Assembly: GCA_030390025.1 (NCBI GenBank)
Contig: CM059449.1
Coordinates: forward strand, 34,658,001-34,722,000
Reading direction: 5' to 3'
DNA from: Squalus acanthias
Lineage: Eukaryota
Length of the DNA stretch: 64,000 nt
In this document: one piece after another, positions 12,777-25,060 of the stretch
Numbering within the stretch: the stretch's first letter is position 1
How the letters are laid out: the number at the start of each line of letters is the position of its first letter
Program-made: the position numbers and the translations under genes
The notes under the pieces: model-generated
What the model was told of the DNA's origin: nothing
Database searches by the model: none
The model's input: the letters and a program-made list of their open reading frames with translations, nothing else

Positions 12777-13855
12777 ACCACGTGAAGATAAGTGTTCCAT
12801 GTTGTAGTTAGTGACGGGCCCAAAGCGTCCTTTACATAATTCAAGAAAGCTAACTCTCAGATAATGTTTCAATTTCATGGATTTATTTTCTTATTAGTAA
12901 CCAGAATGATTTCAAATAACCAACAGCTTTATATCTCCAGGTCTGTTTCTCACTATCACCGATTTGATATGTACGGTTTGGAGAATGTTTCTTTTGTTTT
13001 AGGGGTGGGGATGAATTATTTGTTCTCTCCTATACCGGAGGCAGTGACTCATGGTGGAGTGCACAGGAACCAACAGACATCGGATAGAACACCTTTCAGT
13101 CTGGGTTTCATGGGGGAGCCCAGACACTGAGTCTTGGTTTGCTGGTAAAGTTCCTCTCCCGCACGGGGGTCGCACTGGCCATTTATGATGTGACTGGAAG
13201 GAATATTCATACTTGTATTGAACAAGGAATTCCGTCCTTACTTCCTGGCCTGGCACGGTGCCCAGACCGGCAGGTTTAAAGATTAAAACACAGGCGGGCG
13301 GGAGGACGGGTAAAGGTGTTAGATTTACCTGTGGACCTTTGAGCTTTCCAGTGAATGAAGTAACCCTTTAAATAACATTAAATCCATCTTCCGTAATTGG
13401 TACAATGCGAGCAAGTTAACAACAAACTTTAATAATACCAAATTTCCCATAAAATTGGAGCTCAAACATTGAGATCAGCCAGGGGGTCATTTAAACCGTT
13501 ATCGAGTCCCAGAAACTTTTCAAACACTGCCTTTATTTAATGTATATATCTGCGTGCCTCCAATTCCGGCCTCTTGCGCTCCCCCGATAGAGGAATGGCG
13601 GATCGAATAGTTACCCAATGTAACGTTCCAATTTACTGGATCCGCTGGAGTTTCCAAATATTCTATTTTAGCAAAACAGTGTCTGAAAATACCGAAAGAA
13701 AGCGGAAGAAAATGAATTCACCATTTAGAATACCATTGTTATTTCCGACTTGTACTTAAAGTCACTCTGTATACACAATGGATGTAATGAGAGCTGGGCT
13801 CGGAATGGTCGGTGCCGTCATCCGACTGTGGAACATGTTGTGGATGCTTCAAGCA

Positions 13856-13910
13856 ATGTGCTCTGTGCTATATTTGTTGTCGCTTGCGGTTTATGTGCAG
13901 GGACTTTCTG
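13856..13910 (+). pseudogene. Possible leader exon of the upstream MHC class I pseudogene (donor lost)
   Basis: MCSVLYLLSLAVYVQGLS+G is signal-peptide-like and ends TCT G like the functional leader, but is followed by ctaaaa instead of gt. Confidence 0.3.
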
Positions 13911-14710
13911 CTAAAACTGCTCGTCTCTGAGTGACACAAAACGAAACTTTGCGGCTTCAGTTTCTGCCGAACTGGACAGACACCCGCGTCCCTTCAACAA
14001 AGCTGTTTCCGTTACCGGACTCACAGTTCCGCATGTTCAGTGTTCCAACCGCGAGAAGACATCTAGAAATCCTTGAAACCTTTGCAATTTGCTCCATAAC
14101 AGCAAAACAAGCCATGAACAAATAAACTACAACGAATATTTAATGTCTAATATTCCATGTCCCAGAACTTGAGCTGTGAACAAGGCACATTTCCCGTCTG
14201 CCTTCATTCCATGGATCCACACCATGATTAGACCCCGCCAGTGTAGTAACTGCAATGGAGAACCTCTACTCTACATGTTAAAGGGCACAGTTCCATGTAC
14301 CAGTATTATTCGTTAACAGTATTGGTTTTCAATAATCAGTACCGAAACCTTACCAGGTACAGAAATTCTAGGCCCAGTACAAGTGCCCAATCTTTACCAG
14401 TGCAGAGACTACTGGGATACTTCTGGCGGTGGACATTGAAGTCCCCACTCAGCTGACATTCTGTGTCCGTGCATCCCTGAGCGTTTCTTCCAAACTGCCT
14501 TTAATATGGAGCAGAATTAAATCCTCAGTTAAGGGAGAGTGGTCTGACTTGGTAGGTAAGGCCCAGCAAGACCTTTCGTTGGTCTTGCTTGGCCGAAAGC
14601 CATAAGATATTTGTGATAGAATCTTTTTGTGTGAGGAATGGCGTGGTGTGGAAGAGAAAGATTGGAAACTCTCACTGGGACAACCTGGTTCAAAACAAAA
14701 CTCGAAGAAT

Positions 14711-14915
14711 GGGAGATTTCATATTAGTGTGTTAAAGGTCACACCGCCCCACAGGGTGATTTCATATCAGCGTGTTAAAGGTCACACCGCCCCACAGGGT
14801 GATTTCATATCAGTGTGTTAAGGGGTTATACGGTCCCTCAAGGTGTTTTCACATCGGTGTGTTAGGATTTCTACTATCTCACAGGGAGATTTAATCTCAG
14901 TCTTTGAAGGCCACT
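14711..14915. repeat. 43-bp minisatellite, ~4.5 copies
   Basis: Unit gatttcatatcagcgtgttaaaggtcacaccgccccacagggt starts at 14715, 14758, 14801, 14845, 14888, decaying rightwards. Confidence 0.85.
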
Positions 14916-15228
14916 TTCAAGAGTGCAGAATAAAAGTTCAAAGTAAGTCAGAAGACACAGATCTACTTTCGTGGCTTGGGAGATGCAAACAAATATTCGG
15001 AGCAACTTTCCTCTACGATGATGAAAACTACGATAAATCCCTAAGTAGGAAAGCAGGAATGGTAATCATTGGCGGTGTTCCCAATGAAGTTCGAATCTAC
15101 TGGAAAACTCCAGGCCCCGGAAGGATGAGTTGCAATGAACCCAATGGCCTTTTCTTGTACAGAAAATGTCAACCTATATTTTAAAACAATAAAGATTTGG
15201 CACTGCTCCTCCAGGTTTCTTCGATATA

Positions 15229-15991
15229 GGCCCGTAATTTCCGATAGGAGGCTTCCTGCGTGCGGATGCCTCATATCGGGAAAAAATCTACGCCCTTACC
15301 TGAGGGCTCCCGAGGTCAGGACTCTTCCGCTCCTGGGCCTCTCCTGGTGTGCGCGCGCAGAGGCCAAGGTTTCCCAGGTGCGCAGGCGGTTCGCAAGCGT
15401 CCCTGGGCTCATGTGGGCCAGGCGACCCGATGGGAGAGGGGAATCCCCCTTCATTCTTTTGAAGTCTCCCATCTTAGACCTGTCAACAGTATGAATGGGG
15501 ATCACTCAAAAAATACACTAAAGCTTTTAATTTTTTTTAAATCACTTTTTAAAAATGTGTTAAAATTACATTAAATTAAATATTTTGTAGAAGAATTTAA
15601 TTTTTTTTATAAATAATTAAAGTTTTTTTTACGGGGCTCAAAATAAAATTACCTTTTTTTGAAGTATTTTTACATTATAAATGAATGAAAACAAATATTG
15701 TTTTTACTTTTTTAAACTCGTATGCTGGTAAAAGCAGGCCTTACACTGCTTTTGCCAGGCGTAAGATTTTTACGGGTTTTCAGCGGGCGGAGGTTCTGCA
15801 GAAAGCGGAACTCTCCACCCGCAGAGGCCCTTCTCCAGGATAGGCGAGCGATCTGTCAAGAGGATTCTTGACAGATCGGAAGTACCGGTTTTCAGCGCAT
15901 GCGCTTCCCATGCCTGAAACCGGCACTTGTGAGGTCCCTACGGGTGTGTACACAGCTCGTACGCACCCGTAGGAATCACAAAATACGGGAC
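15229..15991 (+). mobile_element. ~760-bp MITE (same superfamily as 9932-10694)
   Basis: TIRs ggcccgtaattt / aaatacgggac, 763 bp, flanks ata/att; high similarity to the reverse of 51893-52566 and 54589-55172. Confidence 0.8.
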
Positions 15992-16342
15992 ATTAGTTTA
16001 GGAAACATCATTCAGAAAAATTTGGTAAAATGTAAAGAAATCCATCCCCGCTCACTGAACGCTACAGATATATGCTGGGAAATTAGTCCTAGTTAACAAT
16101 CCCAGATTGAACCGTCACCATTCAACTCAAAGACCAAGCTCCTGAAAGAGGATGAGGCCTTCAGGTAGACAATTTCAGGAATGCATTAATAGATACAAAA
16201 GGCAATTTACTGGATAAAATTAATGATTGTATTGTAAAATACAATAGTTGACGTTTTAAAATGTAATCTCTTATTGTGCACAATGGAATGTTCAGACAAC
16301 CGCGATTGAAAAACAAAACATACCAAGATGTTTGAGTGATTT

Positions 16343-18803
16343 GTGGGAACCAGGATGTAGAAGCGGTTTGGGTAGAGATGAGAAATAATAAAGGCAAGAA
16401 GTCACTTGTAGGAGTGATGTACATGCCCCCTAACAGTAACCACATGGTAGGATGGAGCATAAAGGAAGAAATAATGAGAGTTTGTCAGAAGGGGACGGCA
16501 ATAATCGTGGGGGATTTCAATCTGCATATAGACTGGAAAAATCAGATGGGCAAAGGTAGCCTAGATGAGGATTTCATGGAATGTTTTCGGGATAGTTTCT
16601 TACAACAGCACGTTCTGGAGCCAACCAGAGAGCAGGCTATACAAGACCTGGTATTGTGCAACGAGATAGGATTAATTAATGACCTCATAGTGAAGGTGCC
16701 CCTTGGCAGCGATCATAATATGATTGAATTTTACATTCAGTTTGAGAGAGAGAAGAGTGGTCCAAGACTACTATTTTAAACTTAAATAAGGGCAATTATG
16801 AGAGCATGAAAACAGAGCTAGCTAAAGTGAACTGGCAAATTAGGTTAAGGGATATGTCAGTAGATTTGCAGTGGCAGACATTTAAGGGGATATTTCAAAA
16901 TACACAGAATATATACATTCCAACAAGAAAGAAAAATTCCAACGGGAGGACCCACCATCCGTGGTTAAGTTAAAAAGTTAATGATAGTATTAAACTTAAA
17001 GAAAAAGTATATAATTGCGCAAAGATGGGTGGCAGGTCAGAAGATTGGACAGAATATAAAAAACAGCAAAGAATGACTAAAAGATTAATAAGGAGAGAAA
17101 CATTAGAGTACGAGAGAAAGCTGGCTAGAAATACAAAAACAGATAGTAAGAGTTTCTATAGATATTTAAAAAAGCAAAGACTCAACAACGTGAGCGTTGG
17201 TCCTATAAAAACTGAGTCTGGGGAGTTAATAATGGAAAATAAGGAGATGGCAGTTGAATTGAACAGGTATTTTGCATCGGTTTTCACTATAGAGGATACA
17301 AGTAACATCCCAGAAATAGATGTAAATCAGGAAATGCATTTCCATTAGATTGGAAAATAGCGAATGTAACTGCTTTATTCAAAAAGGGAGGGAGACAGAA
17401 AGCAGGAAACTACAGGCCAGTTAGCTTAACATCTGTCCTAGGGATGATGTTAGAAGCTATTATTAAAGACATTATAGCAGGGCACTTAGAAAAGTTAAAC
17501 GTAATCAGGCAGAGTCAACATGGTTTTGTGAAAGGAAAATCATGTTTAACCAATTTATTGGAGTTCTTTGAGAATGTAACGTGTGCTGTGGATAAAGGGG
17601 AACCGGTGGATGTAATGTACTTAGATTTCCAGAAGGCATTTGATAAGGTGCCACCTCAACAGTTATTGCGGAAAATAAAAGCTCATGGTGTAGGGGGTAA
17701 TATATTGGCATTGATAGAAGATTGGCTAGCTAACAGGAAACAGAGAGTAGGCAAAAATGGGTCATTTTCTGATTGGCAAGATGTAACGAGTGGTATGCCA
17801 CAGGGATCAGTGCTGGGGCATCAACATTTTACAATTTATATAAATGATTTGTATGAAGGGACCGAAAGTATGGTTGGTAAATTTGCTGATAACACAAAGA
17901 TAGGTAGCAAAGTAAATTATGAAGAGGACATAAGGTGGCTATAGATAGGTTAAGTGAGTGGGCAAAGATCAAGCAAATGGAGTATAATGTGGGAAAATGT
18001 GAAGTTCTCCATTTTGGCAGGAAAAATAAAAACGAAGCATATTATCTAAATGGTGAGAGATTGCAGAGCTCTGAGGTGCAGAGGGATCGGAAGTCCTAGT
18101 GCATAAATCGCAAAAGTTTATTATGCAGGTACAGCAAGTTATGAGTAAAGCTAATATAATATTATCATTTATTGCGAGTGGAATTGAATATAAAAGTAGG
18201 GAGGTTATGCTTCATTTATACAGGGAATTGGTGAGACCACATCTGGAGTACTGTGTACAGTATTGGTCTCCTTATTTAAGGAAGGATGTAAATGCGCTGG
18301 AAACAGTTCAGAGAAGGTTTACTAGACTAATACCTGGAATGGGCGGGTTGTCTTATGAGGAAAGGTTGGGCAGGCTAGGCTTGTATCCGCTGGAGTATAG
18401 AAGAGTAAGAGGTGACTGGTTGAAACATATAAGATCCTGAGGGGTCTGGACCGGGTGGATGTGGAGAGGTTGTTTCCTCTTGTGGGAGAATCTAGAACTC
18501 GGGGTCACTGTTTAAAAATAAGGGGTCGCCCATTTAAGACAGAAATGAGGAGAATTTTTTTCTCACAGAGGGTCGTGAGTCTTTTGAACTCTCTTCCTCA
18601 GAGGGCGGTGGAAGCAGAGTCTTTGAATATTTTTAAGCAGAGGTAGATAGATTCTTGGTAAGCAAGGGGGTGAAAAGTTATCGGGGGCAGTCAGGAATGT
18701 GGAGTAACCAAATCAGCCATGAACTTATTGAATGGCGGAGGAGGCTCGAAGGGCCGAGTGGCCTACTCCTGCTCCTAATTCATATGTTCGTATGTTCGTA
18801 TGT
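16343..18803 (+). mobile_element. CR1 LINE ORF2 (EN+RT) with internal deletion near 17335
   Basis: GVMYMPPNS, IVGDFN, EPTREQAIQDLVL, GSDHN; QHGFVKGKSCLTNL, YLDFQKAFDKV, KFADNTK; (tatgttcg)n tail. Confidence 0.92.
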
Positions 18804-18865
18804 AACATTGTGGCTAGATTGCATAATTTCAGTTTTATTAGTTTACAAAAATAAACCCTGGATCG

Positions 18866-19290
18866 ATGGATAGATAGATAGATAGTTAGATAGACAAATA
18901 GGCAGATAGATAGTTAGATAGAACGATNNNNNNNNNNNNNNNNNNNNNNNNNNNNNNNNNNNNNNNNNNNNNNNNNNNNNNNNNNNNNNNNNNNNNNNNN
19001 NNNNNNNNNNNNNNNNNNNNNNNNNNNNNNNNNNNNNNNNNNNNNNNNNNNNNNNNNNNNNNNNNNNNNNNNNNNNNNNNNNNNNNNNNNNNNNNNNNNN
19101 NNNNNNNNNNNNNNNNNNNNNNNNNNNNNNNNNNNNNNNNNNNNNNNNNNNNNNNNNNNNNNNNNNNNNNNNNNNNNNNNNNNNNNNNNNNNNNNNNNNN
19201 NNNNNNNNNNNNNNNNNNNNNNNNNNNNNNNNNNNNNNNNNNNNNNNNNNNNNNNNNNNNNNNNNNNNNNNNNNNNAAACGGACGGACTG
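18866..19290. repeat. GATA/GACA/GGAC microsatellite, largely N-masked (N 18928-19276)
   Basis: gatagatagata flanking left, cggacggac right. Confidence 0.7.
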
Positions 19291-19457
19291 TCCGACTGTC
19301 TTTTAGGATTTATTTTATCTTCTCAAGAAACATGTATTAATTACCACTAATTAAAGATTTCTGCTTTCAGAATATAAGTTTAGACTTTTGCATAAATTGC
19401 TCAGTGAACTGGTGTTTTTAACATTTGATGTTATTCCAATATATTATGTTGTTCTAG

Positions 19458-19717
19458 ATTCTCACTCTTTGATGTATCACTACACACTGAAACATGGGAT
19501 TTCTGATCTTCCGGACTATAGTATAATGGAGGTTGTGGATGGCTGTGAGATAGACTATTGTGACAGCAATATGTACATAACAGTTCCAAGTAAGCAGTGG
19601 ATGGTGAATTCCTATGACACCAGTTACTGTGAGGAACTCACAATTACTGCAGCCAGTTTCCATGGAATCAGAAATGGCAAGTTTCCAGAACGTTACAGCA
19701 GAGGAACCTCAGTTCAA
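19458..19717 (+). pseudogene. MHC class I alpha1-domain pseudo-exon (paralog of 31940-32200)
   Basis: Acceptor ttctag|, donor |gtaagt; (D)SHSLMYHYTLKHGISDLPDYSIMEVVDGCEIDYCDSNMYITVPSKQWMVNSYDTSYCEELT...; 260 nt versus 261 nt (1-nt deletion near 19675-19692), W60>C, G26>E; no alpha2/alpha3 seen before 27353. Confidence 0.85.
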
Positions 19718-19879
19718 GTAAGTTGATTTGTTAAAAACAAAAGATCCTCCTGGATCCACCTGGTGAAACGCACAGCACGCAATCCTAGTTGAATTCTATT
19801 ATTTACTGTTGCCTATTCATTCAGCTGTACCGGAGACCGATGAAAGCAGTATTCTGTAAATACATTAGTGGGATAATAC

Positions 19880-22155
19880 AGTAGCCTAGTGACGATAGTA
19901 CTGCACGAATATCCCAAAGGTGTTGAGTCCAAATTCCAACATGGGAAGTTGAAAAATTAAAATCAGTAAATCTGATAAGAACATAAGAACATTTGAAATA
20001 AGAGCAGGAGTAGGCCATACGGTCCCTCGAGCCTGCTCTACCATTCAATAAGATCATGGCTGATCATCAACCTCAACTCCACTTTCCTGCCCGATCTCCA
20101 AATCCCTTGATTCCCCTAGAGTCCAAAAGTCTATCTATCTCAGCCTTGAATATACTCAAAGACTCAGCATTCACAGCCCTCTGAGGGAGAGAATTCCAAA
20201 GATTCACAACCCTCTGAGTGAAGAAATTCCTCCGAATCTCAGTCTTAAATGGTCTACCTCTTATCCTGAGATTATGCCTCCTAGTTCTAAACACTCCACC
20301 CAGGGGAAACAACCTCTCAGCATCTACCCTGTCAATCCCCTTCAGAATCTATATGTTTCAATGAGATCACCTCTCATTGATCTAAACTCCAGAGAGTATA
20401 GGCCTATTCTACACAATCTCTCATCATAGGACAGCCATCTCATCCCAGGAATCAATCTAGTGAACCTTCGTTGCACCGCCTCCAGGTAAGTATATCCTTC
20501 CTTAGATAAGGAGACAAAACTCTGCACAGTACTCCAGGTGTGGTCGCACCAAGGCCTTGTACAATTGTAGCAAGACTTTCTTACTCTTATACTCCAACCC
20601 CCTTGCAATAAAGGTCAACATGCCATTTGCCTTCCTTATTGCTTGCTGTACCTGCATGCTAGCTTTTTGTGTGTCTTGCACGAGGACACCGAAATCTCTC
20701 TGAACACCAACATTTGAAAGTTTCTCACCATTTAAAATATATTCTGTTTTTCTATTCTTCCTATCAAAGTGAATAATCTCACATTTCCCTACATTATTCT
20801 CCATCTGCCACCATACTGCCCACTGACTTAGTCTATCTATATCCCTTTGCAGACTCTTTGAGTTCTCCTCACAGCTTACTTTCCCAACTAGCTTTGGATC
20901 ATCAGCAAATTCGGGCCCTTCATCTAGGTCATTAATATAGATTGTAAATAGCTGAGGCCCCAACACTGATCCTTGCGGCACCCCACTAGTTACAGCCTGC
21001 CAACCTGAAAAAGATCCGTTTTTCCCTACTCTCTGTTTTCTGTCCGTTAACCAATCCTCTATCCATGCTACTATATTACCTCCAACCCCATGAGTCCTAA
21101 TCTGGTGTAATAACCTTTTATGTGGCACCTTATCGAATGCCTTTTGCAAGTCCAAATATATTACACGCACTGGTTCCCCTTTATCTACCCTGCTCGTGAC
21201 ATCCTCAAACAACTCTAATTAATTTGTCAAACACGATTTCCCTTTCATAAAACCATGTTCACACTGCCTAATCATGTTATGATTTTCGAAGTGACTTGAT
21301 ACCACTTCCTTAACATTGGATTCCAGCATTTTGCCGACGACTGATGTCAGGCTAATTGGCCTGTAGTTCCCTGTTTTTTCTCTGCCTCCTTTCTTAATTA
21401 GCGGTGTTACATTTGCGAACTTCCAATCTGCTGAGACCATTCCAGAATCTAGGGAATTTTTGAAGATCAAAACCAATGCATCCGCTATCTCTTCAGTCAC
21501 CGCTTTTAAAACCCTAGGATATAGGTCTTCAGGTCCAGGGGATTTGTCGGCTTTTAGTCCCAACAGTTACTCTTGTACTTTTTCTCTACTTATATTAATT
21601 ACGGTAAGTTCCTCATCCTCATTAGACCCTTGGTTCTCCACCAGTTTGGGTATGCTTTTTGTGCCTTCTACTGTGAAGACAGATACAAAATATTTGTTTA
21701 ACGTTTATGCCATTTTCTTTTTCCCCGTAATAATTTCTCCTGTCTCAGCCTCTAAGGGACTGACATTTACTTTTGCTACTCTTTTTCTTTTTACATACTT
21801 GTAGAATCTGTTACAATCTGCTTTTATATTTCTTGCTAGTTTTCGGTCATATTCTATTTTTTCCCTTTTTATCAACTTTTTTGGTTAACCTTTGCTGGTT
21901 TCTGAAACTCTCCCAATCCTCAGGCTTACTTTGTGGACTATCACCAAAAAAAATGCTACAGAAGCTGCCGGATTATCATAAAAACCGAACCGTTTCACTA
22001 ATGTCTTACAGAGAAGGAGACCTGACACTCTCTATTTGGTCTGGCCTACAAGTGATTTTATCCCACCCAACATAGCTGGCTCTTAATGCAGTCAAGGCAA
22101 GTAGGGATGGACAATAAATGCTGGCTTGCCAGAGTCGCTCACATAGGAAGAACAA
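19880..22155 (+). mobile_element. tRNA-derived SINE split by the CR1 insertion at 19975-21930
   Basis: Head gtagcctagtg...gagtccaaattcc...gtaaatctg (19880-19974) continues at 21931 into SINE body and tail agggatggacaataaatgctggc. Confidence 0.55.
19975..21930 (-). mobile_element. CR1 LINE ORF2 3' half
   Basis: Minus ORFs KSPGPEDLYPRVLK, YLDLQKAFDKVPH, GVPQGSVLGP, FADD, FFTQRVVNLWNSLP; (ataagaac)n tail at 19975. Confidence 0.92.
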
Positions 22156-22924
22156 ATCATAACATCTTATAATACGCTTGCAGTTATATATATTACTAGT
22201 TTACTGATTTATTATCAGTTTCGTTGCATATTTGATGAATAATTGTAGTTTACAAACAGTTAACAGTCATTTAATGAATGACACTTGTGCCTTGATAATT
22301 CTTCGTGTCAGTCTCAAGCCTAACCCAAACCTACTAGATCTAATCTACAGTGTCTACACTCTTAGTTGGTTTCCATCTTTAGACATCCTTAGTTATAATA
22401 ACTACTGAAATCTGAAATCACATCTCAGTTCAACTTTGGGTGGGGAAGCGCACACACTATACAGAAGTCTGCCCAATCTTCCCTCCGTATAAAGGATTGA
22501 ATGGACAATCAGAAAGCTCTGTTTGGGGAAAACGCTGTACTCCACCGGAGGTTTTCATGTATTCACTGCAACAGAAAATTCAACAGCTCCCAGGTGCAGA
22601 GACGGGAACATCTGGCCCACATTCATCGAATGTGAATGAAAGAATCCATTCGGGGTTCCTGATGATACTTCTTTGCTGCATCTATAGGACTGATACTGAG
22701 GGGTTGAATTAGATGTGCATTACATGTTGCTTCATACACAAGCATGAAAAAGCTTCATTTAGGCGGAACATAAAGAACGGATTGGCTAAGTTTTGTAGTG
22801 AAGTCTTGAAATTAAAGTTATGTCAGGTAAGCACTGTGACACACCACTGGGACACCGTCAGACATAATCTGAGATGATCTAAAATGTACAGAATCTATAG
22901 CACAGCGAGAGTCATAACCTGAAC

Positions 22925-23345
22925 AATTATGGAACCTTACAGCATAGGAGGAGGCCATTCGGTCAATCTAGCCTGTGCCGGCTCTTTGTGAGAGCTATTG
23001 AAATAGTCCCACTCCCCTGCTTTATCCCCAAAGCCTGCAATTCGCTTCCCTTCAAGTATTTATCCATTTCCTGTTTGAAAGTTATAATTGAATCTGTTTC
23101 CACCACACTTTCATGCAGTGCATTCCAGATCACAACAACTCACGGCATAAAATAAACTCGCCTTATCTCACCTGTGGTTCTTTTGCCAACTACCATAAAT
23201 CTGAGTCATTTGGTTACATGACCCTTTTTTCAGTGGAAACAGTTGCTCCTTATTTACTCTGCCACATCCCTTCATGATTTTCATCATGTCTATTACAGCT
23301 TAACCATCTCTGCTCGAAGGAGAACAATCATAGCTTCTCTAGTCT
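22925..23345 (-). mobile_element. CR1 LINE 3' end fragment
   Basis: acagcataggaggaggccattcgg...tgcattccagatcacaacaactc; reverse of the tail at about 9050-9445. Confidence 0.7.
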
Positions 23346-23811
23346 CCCCACAGAATCACTGACAAAACATTTAGTGTCACTGTTGCTATAGATAGGGGCA
23401 AACAAATTAAATATCACGAGTTAGATAAGCAGGATGGAATATCAGACGAAGCCTTAGTGTACGAAACTGTGCTCATAATTCTCTACGTCCTTCTGACATA
23501 TATTGCTTCCAGATGATGAATTACAGCAAGGAGAACATGTGGGGGTAATTTTAACCTAACCCGGCGGGAACGGGGCGAGTTCGGGTCAGACGTCTGTTTC
23601 CCAGTCGCCAGATTTGAATTCAGTGGAAGAATTACAATACAACACATTTGACTTGATTATCAAACGGTAGAATTATGTAGGTTGCAATATATAATTTGCT
23701 CATTTTTGGACATCCCACTTTATGTCACTTAAATTAAATGTTTTCCAGTCACTTCACCATCGCCTGTTTTGCGCTGGGCCAGAGACCAATTTCCCCCTGG
23801 AGAATATAATA

Positions 23812-25060
23812 TAAAATAGACAGCATGGATTTGTAAAAGGAAGGCCATGTTTAACTAAACTTATTGAATAAGTTGAATTACTAATGGAAAGAATACACAA
23901 GGGCAATGCAGTAGGTGTGATCTACATGGACATTCAAAAGGCCTTCGATAAGGTGCTCGATAAGAAGCTCATGGCAAGGGTCAGAGCCTGTGGAGTCAGA
24001 GGTCAAGTGTCAGAATGAATTGAAAGATTGTTAGAATACAGAAAATGGGGGAGGGTGATAAGGGAAGTTTCCCAGACTGTCAGCAAGTGGGAAGTGTTGT
24101 CCCGCAGGGATCTGTGCTGGGACCACTGTTGTCCACCTTAAACGTCACTGATTTGGACTCAGTGTGTCGATGTATGGGGAATCATTTGAATTTGTTGATC
24201 AGCCATGCATTATACATTTCCTGGGAGGTGTTTCCCTCCTGGTGTCGAAATTTGCACATGATACCAATTGGGGTGTGCAGCCAATAATGTGGAGGACTGC
24301 ACGAAAGTACAAGAAGACACAAACAGGCTTGCAGAGTGGACAGATGAATGACAAATGAAATTCAATATAGCAAAGTGTGTGGTGTGTCATTTTGGTAGGA
24401 GGAATAAGGAGGTTATTTATTCCTTGGAAGGTTAGATACTAAATGTGGTAGAGGAGCAAACAGATCTGGAAACACAGATGCACAAATCCTTCGAAGTAGC
24501 AACGGAAGCTGATAACACTATAAAAATGTGTATACAAAGTACTGGGGTTCATTTGTAGCAGAACAGAACATAAAACTGGGAAGTCATGTACATTTATATA
24601 GAGTCTTGGTTAGACCAGACTTGGAGTACTGTGGATGTTCTGGTCTCCATGCTACAAAAAGGATATTGAAGAACTGGGGAATGTACAGAAAATATTTGCA
24701 AGGATGTTATCAGAATTGGGAGGACAGAACTATCAGGAAAGATTGGACTGGGCTGGGGCTGGTTTCTTGTAGGCACTTACAAATTAAGTAAAGAATTTTG
24801 GAGGCATTTCCTTACAAACAGAGTGCTGAGAATGTGGAACTCGCTGCCCCGTGGGATGGTTGAAGCAGAGAGCATTGGTATATTTAAGAATGGGCTTGAT
24901 ACATACCTGAGGGAGGAGGGAATATAAGGATATATAGGGGCAGGGTTTGAAGCAGTAAATCGATTAGGGTAACACCCCTGTGGAGTATATATAACAGGTA
25001 GACCAGTTAGGCGAATGGCCTGTTCCTGTGTTGAAGATTCTAACTTGTAATTCCATGTAA
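23812..25060 (+). mobile_element. Old CR1 LINE RT-to-tail fragment
   Basis: cagcatggatttgtaaaagg, VPQGSVLGP, LVRPDLEYC remnants with many stops. Confidence 0.75.

Noticed and set aside
12986-13075. Alternative leader exon for the class I pseudogene
   Set aside because: ATG TTT CTT TTG TTT hits a stop at once; the MNYLFSPIPEAVTH frame is not hydrophobic and its donor (gtggag) is weak
3409-21563. Many reverse-transcriptase/endonuclease ORFs as a novel RT-based system (retron, DGR, host gene)
   Set aside because: All are frameshifted pieces of CR1/L2-type LINEs with typical 3' tails and multiple dispersed copies in this eukaryotic window
22590-22700. Remnant alpha2 exon of the class I pseudogene
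   Set aside because: No recognisable GCEL, YDG or KW motifs in the frames I read
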